A DNA stretch of 37,432 nt from a virus (taxonomy: Duplodnaviria; Heunggongvirae; Uroviricota; Caudoviricetes), in IMG/VR virus record IMGVR_UViG_2724679140_000013; one strand, 5' to 3'. The notes under the pieces were generated by a model. That model did not search any database. It was given only the letters and a program-made list of their open reading frames with translations, and was not told where the DNA came from. The position numbers and the translations under genes are program-made. Shown one piece after another: positions 1-6,559 of the stretch. Position 1 is the first letter of the stretch, and each line of letters begins with the position of its first letter.

Positions 1-1002
1 TTACCCTCTATTGTCAAAAGGGTTCAATTCAACAGCAGCCTCTAAATGACCTGGAGCAAAATGCGCATAACGCATAGTCATTTTTATATCGCTATGCCCC
101 AGTATTTTTTGCAACACAAGAATATTTCCGCCCCGCATCATAAAATGACTGGCAAACGTGTGACGTAGCACATGAGTTAATTGCCCATCAGGAAGCTCGA
201 TCTTCGCTCTCTTAATTGCAGCGTCAAAAGCCTCATAACATGGTGAAAATAGCGCTCCTCGTTTTTTAGGAAGCATAGCCTGCAATTGAGGTGAAATCGG
301 TACAGTGCGGTTCTTCTTTCCTTTAGTTTTGACAAATGTGATTCGACCGGGCAGTACTTGAGATTGTTTTAATCCTTCTGCTTCACTCCACCGAGCACCA
401 GTCGCAAGCCCAATACGAACAACAACCCCCAAATCTTTATTCCGTGACTCATCACACGCAATCAGAAGGCGTTCAATCTCATCTACATACAGAAACGCCA
501 GTTCCTTTTCTTCCTCACGAAACTTGCGAATACCAGTCAGGGGGTTTTCACCAGACCACTCTCCAAGGCGCTTCAGTTCGGCAAAAACAGCATGTAGATA
601 TGACTGCTCACGATTAACAGTTGCTTCACTAAGTTTCTTCTTCCCCTTTGGATTCCATTCACCTGATAATCGCCGCTCCCTGTAGGTGGCAAACATATTT
701 TTATCAAATTGAGAAGCAAACGGATCACCTAACCTAGAACAAATCGCCTCGAGTTTAGCCCTTCGCTCTTCACCGGAAGACAGTGTTTTACCGTACATAT
801 CAAACCAGCGAGCAACCAACTCGGAAAGGTGGGGGCCAGAATCATCCTGAAACTCGCTCCCCAAATTACTATTCATTAAACGGCGCTCATAAGAGAGCGC
901 CTCACCCTTAGTCGCAAACTGTTTACGAATACGCTTTCCCGATGCTCCATACGGGTAACACTCGCAAAGCCATTTACCAGTAGGTAGTCTTCGAACACTC
1001 AT
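1..1002 (-). CDS. int: Tyrosine recombinase / phage integrase
   Basis: 333 aa; catalytic signature ATGARWSE, HVLRHTFASHF, LGHSDIKMTMRYAH (R, HxxR, Y); first gene at the prophage left end as in P2. Confidence 0.9.
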   Translation of the reverse strand: MSVRRLPTGKWLCECYPYGASGKRIRKQFATKGEALSYERRLMNSNLGSEFQDDSGPHLSELVARWFDMYGKTLSSGEERRAKLEAICSRLGDPFASQFDKNMFATYRERRLSGEWNPKGKKKLSEATVNREQSYLHAVFAELKRLGEWSGENPLTGIRKFREEEKELAFLYVDEIERLLIACDESRNKDLGVVVRIGLATGARWSEAEGLKQSQVLPGRITFVKTKGKKNRTVPISPQLQAMLPKKRGALFSPCYEAFDAAIKRAKIELPDGQLTHVLRHTFASHFMMRGGNILVLQKILGHSDIKMTMRYAHFAPGHLEAAVELNPFDNRG

Positions 1003-1007
1003 TCTAA

Positions 1008-1394
1008 TTAAGACTTAATCCATCCCATCATCAACATCAGAGATACCGCCGTATTAGAAACAGACTGATTTTGATATACTTTTCTATTCTTTTTTTTATC
1101 TGCGAAAGGCTCAAAGGCCATATCAAGTTGTTTAGTCAATTCCTCTGCCAACAATTTGAGGTCATCCATATTTTTAACTTGTGTAGACAATTCTGGTGTA
1201 AGTCTTCCTTGATTATAAAGTACAGCTATAAAGTCAGCCGAGGTAGCCAATTTGTTTTTATAAGATGCCTTTTGCCACTCAAGGGCGTTTGCCTTATGTA
1301 ATGTTCCACCTTCATACCATTCAGAGGCATAACCATGAGATGCAAAAACAAACAAGATATAAAAAAGGACTAATTTTAAATAATTACGCTGCAT
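1008..1394 (-). CDS. Hypothetical secreted/periplasmic protein (128 aa), AT-rich moron
   Basis: N-terminal signal peptide LKLVLFYILFVFASHGYA; SD-like AAGGA 8 nt upstream of the ATG; stop lies 5 nt before the int start (coupled). Confidence 0.6.
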   Translation of the reverse strand: MQRNYLKLVLFYILFVFASHGYASEWYEGGTLHKANALEWQKASYKNKLATSADFIAVLYNQGRLTPELSTQVKNMDDLKLLAEELTKQLDMAFEPFADKKKNRKVYQNQSVSNTAVSLMLMMGWIKS

Positions 1395-1425
1395 ATCATA
1401 TTTCCTTGCATGTTATTTAACGTAT

Positions 1426-2073
1426 TTACACAAAATAAATTAAAAATGTAATCACCATACCCAAAATGAGTCCAACAATGAACACAATCAAAAATTCTTT
1501 AGTATATTCTGTTAATAGTTCACTAATGCAGTGTCTATTTTTAATATTGCCATTGCTCTGAGATATATTTTTATTAGTCTGCTGATCTAACCACGACAAT
1601 GCAGATTGCAACTGAGAACGAGTAAGATCGTTTAAACGGCCTGTACCGAAATTGATATGGCAATATCGAAGAAGTTTTTGTCTAATTTCATTACTTTCAC
1701 TGTTGCGAAGAAGGAGGCTTACAAGTAATTTACAGGCGTCATGATCCTTGTGTCGGTCAAGCATCGCATTGAGAAAGCTAATTGCGGTTGGATACTGATT
1801 CACCGTCATCTTATCGACACTATCAACACCGATTTCAGCATGAAGTTTACGCCAAACAACAAACGATTCTTCCTTGCTGGCATCAACAATCTTGTCAACC
1901 AACAACTTCAGTTGATGTCGCTGAGCCTTAACTAATGGGCGCTCATCAGGCCTACCAGAAGGGATTGCAATATTGACTGTATGCCGATCATCATATCGCT
2001 CTATCTGAATATTCTTTTCGTGGTAATCACGCCCAGCAACGCGATTGTCTGAACCGTTTGAGTTGACCGCCAT
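1426..2073 (-). CDS. Hypothetical tail-anchored membrane protein (215 aa), AT-rich moron
   Basis: Strong SD GGGAGGTG just upstream; single C-terminal TM FLIVFIVGLILGMVITFLIYFV; N-terminus carries RVAGRDYHE, which matches the repressor C-terminus. Confidence 0.65.
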   Translation of the reverse strand: MAVNSNGSDNRVAGRDYHEKNIQIERYDDRHTVNIAIPSGRPDERPLVKAQRHQLKLLVDKIVDASKEESFVVWRKLHAEIGVDSVDKMTVNQYPTAISFLNAMLDRHKDHDACKLLVSLLLRNSESNEIRQKLLRYCHINFGTGRLNDLTRSQLQSALSWLDQQTNKNISQSNGNIKNRHCISELLTEYTKEFLIVFIVGLILGMVITFLIYFV

Positions 2074-2091
2074 GTCACCTCCCTGCTAGAG

Positions 2092-2505
2092 CTAACCCTT
2101 AGTTTCGTTATAGTCACGACCAGCAATACGATGGCCCTTGCCAGAAGCTCTTATTGTACCTGGAGCCAAACTACCAGCGGTCAAGGCTGCCAAAGCCGCC
2201 GCCTTAACAGCCAAAGGTGCAGAGCGATATATTTTAATTAGCTCAATCTCATCTTCAGTGGCATTAGGGATGCCATGTGCACGACTACCAGAAAGTATGT
2301 AATAGACATCTACTCCGCAGCGCCTTCCCAAGAGATTCAGCATAGCTGCATCCGGTGTAGTCACCCCTCTTTCATACTTCCCCCAAGTCTTTGTAGAAAC
2401 TTCAAAAATAGACGCCATATCATCCTGAGTCATGCCAGTTTTCTCTCGTTCCTCCCGTAATCGACGTCCAATAATGACACTTAATTCCTCTTTTTCTGTT
2501 GACAT
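2092..2505 (-). CDS. XRE-family helix-turn-helix immunity repressor (CI/C analogue)
   Basis: 137 aa; HTH region GMTQDDMASIFEVSTKTWGKYERG; divergent from the early operon, position equivalent to P2 C / 186 cI. Confidence 0.8.
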   Translation of the reverse strand: MSTEKEELSVIIGRRLREEREKTGMTQDDMASIFEVSTKTWGKYERGVTTPDAAMLNLLGRRCGVDVYYILSGSRAHGIPNATEDEIELIKIYRSAPLAVKAAALAALTAGSLAPGTIRASGKGHRIAGRDYNETKG

Positions 2506-2527
2506 AGGAAGTTTTGTTCCCTAAAGT

Positions 2528-2543
2528 AATTTCACGTGCAATT
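2528..2543. promoter_or_regulatory. Near-palindromic candidate operator in the 59-bp divergent switch region
   Basis: AATTTCACGTGCAATT (one mismatch from a perfect dyad, centred on CACGTG), between the repressor and the first early gene. Confidence 0.3.
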
Positions 2544-2564
2544 AGATGATCACAATGTACCACT

Positions 2565-2771
2565 ATGAATCAAGTTAGTCACGACACCAAGTCACGCATT
2601 CCGCGTAATACCGCCACAGGTCCAAGACTGGCACTTAGGCTGTCCCTCGAGGAGCGAGCCATCATTGATGAAATGGCCGCCAAAGAACAACGCTCATCCT
2701 CTAACATGGCGCGCATGATCTTCCTTCGAGGCCTGGAGCTGACCCAGAAAGAACAAAACAAATCTTCCTGA
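2565..2771 (+). CDS. Ribbon-helix-helix DNA-binding protein, first early gene (Cro/Apl-like role inferred)
   Basis: 68 aa; RHH-like RLALRLSLEERAIIDEMAAKEQRSSSNMARMIFLRGLE; divergent from the repressor. Confidence 0.6.
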   Translation: MNQVSHDTKSRIPRNTATGPRLALRLSLEERAIIDEMAAKEQRSSSNMARMIFLRGLELTQKEQNKSS

Positions 2772-2787
2772 TCAGGAGGTTAGTGGG

Positions 2788-2991
2788 ATGTCAGGTATAA
2801 CCATCAATATCAATGTGAATGCCCCCTATGTATCCCTGCAGAAATATGCAGAGATAACAGGTATCCCTCTTAATACATGCAAAAAGATGTTGGCTGACGG
2901 TCGAATTATTATCCGACCAAAACGCGCCAAAATGGAAAAGCCAGAAGTAAACCTTGTGGCAATGCTGAAAGACGCTATCGCTAACAGTTAA
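2788..2991 (+). CDS. cox: Cox-like regulator/excisionase
   Basis: 67 aa; SD AGGAGG; pattern YVSLQKYAEITGIPLNTCKKMLADGRI resembles the P2 Cox HTH region; position after the switch. Confidence 0.55.
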   Translation: MSGITININVNAPYVSLQKYAEITGIPLNTCKKMLADGRIIIRPKRAKMEKPEVNLVAMLKDAIANS

Positions 2992-2997
2992 AACAAC

Positions 2998-3360
2998 ATG
3001 AGCATCGCTATGAATAGAAATGCCACCTCCTCACGTTCTAAATACCGCAACGGGGCGGAACGCCATGCTAACCGTTTCGCTACCAGTGCATCACGCAGCA
3101 GCTCTCGCTACAGCCTGAGCGAAACACACGCAACACCGGATGGCCACGCTGTAAAACAAATCGGCGAGCATGCCTGGCTGATTGAGAAAGCTGGAATCGT
3201 GGTCCATAAATGCCCACGCAATCCGTTTACCGGAAACCGCATTTTTGCATTGAGCTGCGGCGACAATCAATTCGGGCAGGATTTCACATTATACGAAGCA
3301 CTTCGTACGGTTGATCGTCTGCTTCGCGGGCAAAGTTTTATTAAACAGGCTGATTTATAA
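2998..3360 (+). CDS. Hypothetical early protein (120 aa)
   Basis: ORF in the early operon; Ser/Arg-rich N-terminus; no clear SD. Confidence 0.45.
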   Translation: MSIAMNRNATSSRSKYRNGAERHANRFATSASRSSSRYSLSETHATPDGHAVKQIGEHAWLIEKAGIVVHKCPRNPFTGNRIFALSCGDNQFGQDFTLYEALRTVDRLLRGQSFIKQADL

Positions 3361-3370
3361 CAGGTGAGTT

Positions 3371-3658
3371 ATGACCAAAGAGCATACACAAAGTGTATTT
3401 ATCCGTTTTATTGATTTTCGCGGTGAACTGTTATTACGCGCATCCGCTATTGATGGAGTGGCTCCGGCGGGTAAAAACGGAGCCGACGAAGCCACTTACG
3501 TTTATCTGAACGGCACGCGACTGCTTGTGGAACTTCCGTACCAGACCGTACGAGAAATCATTAGTGGAGCTGAAAAGGCACGCCAGGCTAATGGCGATGA
3601 ACCTTATATCGAAATTATTTGTATGGATTCAGAAGCAGAAATTCAGAAAGCAGATTAA
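3371..3658 (+). CDS. Hypothetical early protein (95 aa)
   Basis: SD AGGTGA upstream; tightly packed in the early operon. Confidence 0.6.
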   Translation: MTKEHTQSVFIRFIDFRGELLLRASAIDGVAPAGKNGADEATYVYLNGTRLLVELPYQTVREIISGAEKARQANGDEPYIEIICMDSEAEIQKAD

Positions 3659-3669
3659 AGGGCGTTGCG

Positions 3670-3912
3670 ATGGGCAAAGAATATAAAACTCTCATTAACA
3701 AAGCACTTGAGCGTTTTTATTTTCGCTTAAGTGCATCAGGCGCTCATGCTGAACGTGCAGCCCGTGACTCATTGACCAGGGCAATCCGGAGTCTGTATGA
3801 CGTGGCTTTTTACGCTGATGATCTGGATGCACTTAACGAACTTTCCGAGCTGATCTGTGCCGCAGAATGCGGGGAACATATTGAACCGTATAAGCTGGGG
3901 AATATTGCATGA
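3670..3912 (+). CDS. Hypothetical early protein (80 aa)
   Basis: Start chosen at MGKEYK (ATG 3670, AAAGGG upstream) rather than the 3619 ORF start, which overlaps the previous gene. Confidence 0.5.
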   Translation: MGKEYKTLINKALERFYFRLSASGAHAERAARDSLTRAIRSLYDVAFYADDLDALNELSELICAAECGEHIEPYKLGNIA

Positions 3913-4022
3913 GTATATTTATCTCATGGCTTGTTCTGATTATTTCGGTGGCCTGCGCCATTGGGATTATGCGAATTATTCATTCAGTAAAAAAGATTGA
4001 ACGCTTTTTCACTGGCGAATAA
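3909..4022 (+). CDS. Possible small hydrophobic peptide (37 aa)
   Basis: ATGA start/stop overlap with the preceding ORF; MSIFISWLVLIISVACAIGIMRII is one TM helix; below the ORF-track size cutoff. Confidence 0.35.
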   Translation: MSIFISWLVLIISVACAIGIMRIIHSVKKIERFFTGE

Positions 4023-4108
4023 CAGAGCAAATAAAACCACAGGTTAAATAAGAAAATGTAAAAACAATCCGCATTCGCGGAGGTATTCGCACACGCCAAG
4101 GAGGCGTA

Positions 4109-4312
4109 ATGGCAATTAAGCATTTTCCTGTCGTTCGTTTTACCTCCAGAGGACGTGAATACGAAGTCGACGAACGCCTGATTACCACAATCGACAAACA
4201 CCGTTCAGAAAAGGATGCACATCACATCTATCTCACTGACGGCACTTACTTCTGCGCCACGAATGTGGTGCGGGTGAACCTTATCCGACAGGTACAGGAG
4301 TCACGCAGATGA
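4109..4312 (+). CDS. Hypothetical early protein (67 aa)
   Basis: Strong SD AAGGAGG 5 nt upstream. Confidence 0.6.
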   Translation: MAIKHFPVVRFTSRGREYEVDERLITTIDKHRSEKDAHHIYLTDGTYFCATNVVRVNLIRQVQESRR

Positions 4313-4554
4313 CCATTCTGGACTATATCGCCGCCAATCCGGGGTGTAGCGGTGGAGAAATCGCCGCAGCACTGAATACCCCAACCACAGCCATTAATGC
4401 GGAGTTACGCCGACTCTGGCGCAGCGGTTCAGTCATAAGAAAAGAGCGCAAAACAGGCGGTCGCTTTTCTTACCAGATAAACCCGATGCCGTTCGGGTGC
4501 GGCAATCCACTTACCAACATGTTTAACCAGCTACTGAAGGAGGCCAGAGCATGA
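4309..4554 (+). CDS. Small winged-helix-like DNA-binding protein (81 aa)
   Basis: ATGA overlap with the upstream gene; ILDYIAANPGCSGGEIAAALNTPTTAINAELRRLWRSGSV resembles a wHTH. Confidence 0.55.
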   Translation: MTILDYIAANPGCSGGEIAAALNTPTTAINAELRRLWRSGSVIRKERKTGGRFSYQINPMPFGCGNPLTNMFNQLLKEARA

Positions 4555-4850
4555 GCGCCATCAACCACCAGGAATTACGCGAACTGGCGATTGACCTGCA
4601 ACGAATGGCAACGCATCAAAAATTACTGGCGTTTCGCGCAATGCTCTCGCCGTCTGCCGTGCTGGCACTGCTGGATGAGCTGGAGCACGCCAGAACCATG
4701 TCTCCAGCCATTCGCCTGGCGCTCCATCATGAAATCGCTGATTTCTGCGCTCCACTGGGTTCGCCTGGTGAACCAGAAACGCCGGAAGCAATGCAACGAG
4801 AGCTACTGCAACGCATCGACAAGGTTTTTGATTTCTTCCTTAACCAGTAA
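4551..4850 (+). CDS. Hypothetical early protein (99 aa)
   Basis: Overlapping start/stop with the upstream gene; helical, acidic. Confidence 0.55.
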   Translation: MSAINHQELRELAIDLQRMATHQKLLAFRAMLSPSAVLALLDELEHARTMSPAIRLALHHEIADFCAPLGSPGEPETPEAMQRELLQRIDKVFDFFLNQ

Positions 4851-4861
4851 AGGACCGCGAT

Positions 4862-5065
4862 ATGAACAAAAAGACCTGGTTTCGCGCATACATGTGGGCG
4901 CTGGTATGCGTCCTCGTTTCTCTCATTCTGTATGCAGGACTACTCCCCCGAATGATTTCATCAGACAGCTCCTTCTTGGTATTGCTGGGCATTTTCATTG
5001 CCATGCTGTACCCGGCAGGCGTTGTTCGCCTTTTCAGTAAGTACATCAAGGAAATCAAACAATGA
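4862..5065 (+). CDS. Small two-TM membrane protein coupled to the SPFH gene
   Basis: 67 aa; two hydrophobic helices (WALVCVLVSLILYAGLL, FLVLLGIFIAMLYPAGVV); ATGA overlap with the next gene. Confidence 0.6.
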   Translation: MNKKTWFRAYMWALVCVLVSLILYAGLLPRMISSDSSFLVLLGIFIAMLYPAGVVRLFSKYIKEIKQ

Positions 5066-5892
5066 AGAAACTCAAACTCTTTCAGATTATCCCGCTTTTT
5101 GCCGCCATCCTGCTGGTTGGTTGCGATCGCGTTGAGCCAGGTAATGTGGGCATCAAAGTCAACAAACTGGGCGACGACAAAGGCGTCGGTGAAGTGGTTG
5201 GCGTTGGCCGCTACTGGACAGGCTGGAATACAGAGGTTTACATCTTCCCGACCTTCAAACAAATGAAGACCTACGATGAGCCGTTCAGCTTTCAGATGAG
5301 TGACGGCACAACCATCGGCTATCACATCGGTGTGGCCTACAAGGTTGATCCATCCAAAGTTACTACAGTGTTTCAGACCTACCGCAAAGGCGTGGACGAC
5401 ATTACCGACACTGACCTGCGCCAGAAGATCGCCGATGCACTCAACCGACTGGCCAGCAAAATGACCACCGATAAATTCATCGACGGTGGCAAGTCTGAAC
5501 TGCTGGATTCAGCACTTAAAGATATTCAGGAAGAGATGACCCCCATCGGTATTCAGGTCATGAGCCTCTCTTATGTCGGTAAACCGGAATATCCGCCAAC
5601 CGTTATCGACAGCATTAACGCCAAAGTCACGGCAAACCAGAAAACCCTGCAACGCGAACAGGAAGTCAAGCAACGCGAAGCAGAAGCCAACATGTTGCGC
5701 GCAGAAGCTGCCGGACAGGCTGATGCCATTCGCACAAAAGCCCAGGCTGAAGCCGACGCCATTCGTTTACGCGGTGAAGCTCTGCGCCAGAATCCCGGCG
5801 TTATGGAGCTGGAAGCAATCAACAAATGGAACGGCACGCTGCCGCAATACATGACCAGCAATACCGCTGTTCCGTTTGTTCCGGTGAAGTAA
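5062..5892 (+). CDS. SPFH/band-7 (prohibitin/flotillin-like) lipoprotein
   Basis: 276 aa; lipobox LLVGC; SPFH core followed by an Ala/Glu/Arg-rich coiled coil (QREQEVKQREAEANMLRAEAAGQADAIRTKAQAEADAIRLRGEA). Confidence 0.85.
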   Translation: MKKLKLFQIIPLFAAILLVGCDRVEPGNVGIKVNKLGDDKGVGEVVGVGRYWTGWNTEVYIFPTFKQMKTYDEPFSFQMSDGTTIGYHIGVAYKVDPSKVTTVFQTYRKGVDDITDTDLRQKIADALNRLASKMTTDKFIDGGKSELLDSALKDIQEEMTPIGIQVMSLSYVGKPEYPPTVIDSINAKVTANQKTLQREQEVKQREAEANMLRAEAAGQADAIRTKAQAEADAIRLRGEALRQNPGVMELEAINKWNGTLPQYMTSNTAVPFVPVK

Positions 5893-5898
5893 TTAAAC

Positions 5899-5923
5899 CC
5901 GGCCAGTGAAAATCGCTGGCCGG
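5899..5923 (+). terminator. Stem-loop after the SPFH gene (possible terminator)
   Basis: CCGGCCAG-N9-CTGGCCGG; the T-run is displaced (5937-5942), so efficiency is uncertain. Confidence 0.35.
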
Positions 5924-5969
5924 AGCAGTATCAGGATTTTTTAGTATGCCGTTCTCACAAAAAAACCGC

Positions 5970-5999
5970 TTGCCATGCCGCAATCAGTCAGGTTACATT
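5970..5999 (+). promoter_or_regulatory. Candidate sigma-70 promoter reading into the a1b1/c4-like region
   Basis: TTGCCA-N18-TACATT; sequence inspection only. Confidence 0.3.
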
Positions 6000-6030
6000 T
6001 CCGCTGCACCTCATAAAACGGGTGCCGGGA

Positions 6031-6054
6031 TTGGAACCCCGCAGACTAACAGAG
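6031..6054 (+). promoter_or_regulatory. Upstream antisense-RNA target pair (a1b1-like)
   Basis: TTGGAAC (6031-6037) and CTAACAGAG (6046-6054) are exact complements of GTTCCAA (6175-6181) and CTCTGTTAG (6160-6168). Confidence 0.5.
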
Positions 6055-6059
6055 CGCAC

Positions 6060-6080
6060 AACCGCGCCAGCGGTTTTTTT
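6060..6080 (+). terminator. Intrinsic terminator directly after a1b1
   Basis: AACCGC-GCCA-GCGGTT followed by a T7 run. Confidence 0.55.
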
Positions 6081-6121
6081 GTGCGTACCGTATCGCCACG
6101 TCTTTTTCGCGTCAAAATTAT

Positions 6122-6200
6122 GGTGGGGCGTACAGGGCCAGCATCAGCTGGGCCGGGTCCTCTGTTAGCCGGTAGTTCCAACCCTGTACGTCTCACCACC
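6122..6200 (+). ncRNA. Candidate c4 / CI-type antisense immunity RNA
   Basis: 16-bp closing stem GGTGGGGCGTACAGGG / CCCTGTACGTCTCACC (two G-U pairs) enclosing hairpins CCAGC-ATCA-GCTGG and GCCGG-loop-CCGGT; the loop carries CCTCTGTTAG (b') and the adjacent single strand carries GTTCCAA (a'); ACC tail after the stem. Confidence 0.55.
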
Positions 6201-6231
6201 CCGAGCTTGGAACCTCTGGATGGTGAGTTTT
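6192..6231 (+). terminator. Terminator/attenuator hairpin overlapping the 3' arm of the c4-like stem
   Basis: CTCACCA (6192-6198) pairs with TGGTGAG (6221-6227), followed by TTTT; mutually exclusive with the 6122-6197 stem; the a2 site lies in its loop. Confidence 0.4.
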
Positions 6232-6252
6232 CAAAACTGACTAACAGAGAGG
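6207..6252 (+). promoter_or_regulatory. Downstream antisense-RNA target pair (a2b2-like) overlapping the SD of the 75-aa ORF
   Basis: TTGGAAC (6207-6213) and CTAACAGAG (6241-6249); SD GAGAGG at 6247-6252, ATG at 6260. Confidence 0.5.
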
Positions 6253-6259
6253 CCACACC

Positions 6260-6487
6260 ATGGCAAACCGCAAACAGCGCGCATACGCTGCGCGTCGTCA
6301 CATCCAGACTGAAATCGACCGCAGACTTTCCCGCGCATTCCGCGTCGCTAAAATCATGCACATCAACATGCTGCATGAGCGTAGCTGCGAACTTTCAAAC
6401 CTCTACTCATCCGCTGTTTTCAGCTATCTGGCGGATGATCTGCGCGAGCTTCAACAGCTCATCCAGCAGCAAAACAAACTCCATTAA
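6260..6487 (+). CDS. Hypothetical 75-aa protein; position analogous to P1 icd
   Basis: SD GAGAGG 7 nt upstream; basic N-terminus, helical C-terminus; first ORF after the a2b2 site. Confidence 0.6.
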   Translation: MANRKQRAYAARRHIQTEIDRRLSRAFRVAKIMHINMLHERSCELSNLYSSAVFSYLADDLRELQQLIQQQNKLH

Positions 6488-6559
6488 TTCCTGTTCCGGG
6501 CCTTTCCTGCACCTTGCGGCGGGAGGCCTTCGCACATCTGTAACAAGAGGATTGCCGCA

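Noticed and set aside
2977-2985. Additional partial b-box (CTAACAG) just upstream of the 2998 ORF
   Set aside because: It is only a 7-mer, and several such matches are expected by chance in 37 kb on two strands. There is no paired a-box nearby.
6122-6197. Possible tRNA or tRNA-like gene (long acceptor-like stem, ACC tail)
   Set aside because: No D-arm, anticodon arm or T-loop consensus, and a 16-bp closing stem is too long. The shape fits an RNase P-processed c4/CI-type RNA rather than a tRNA.
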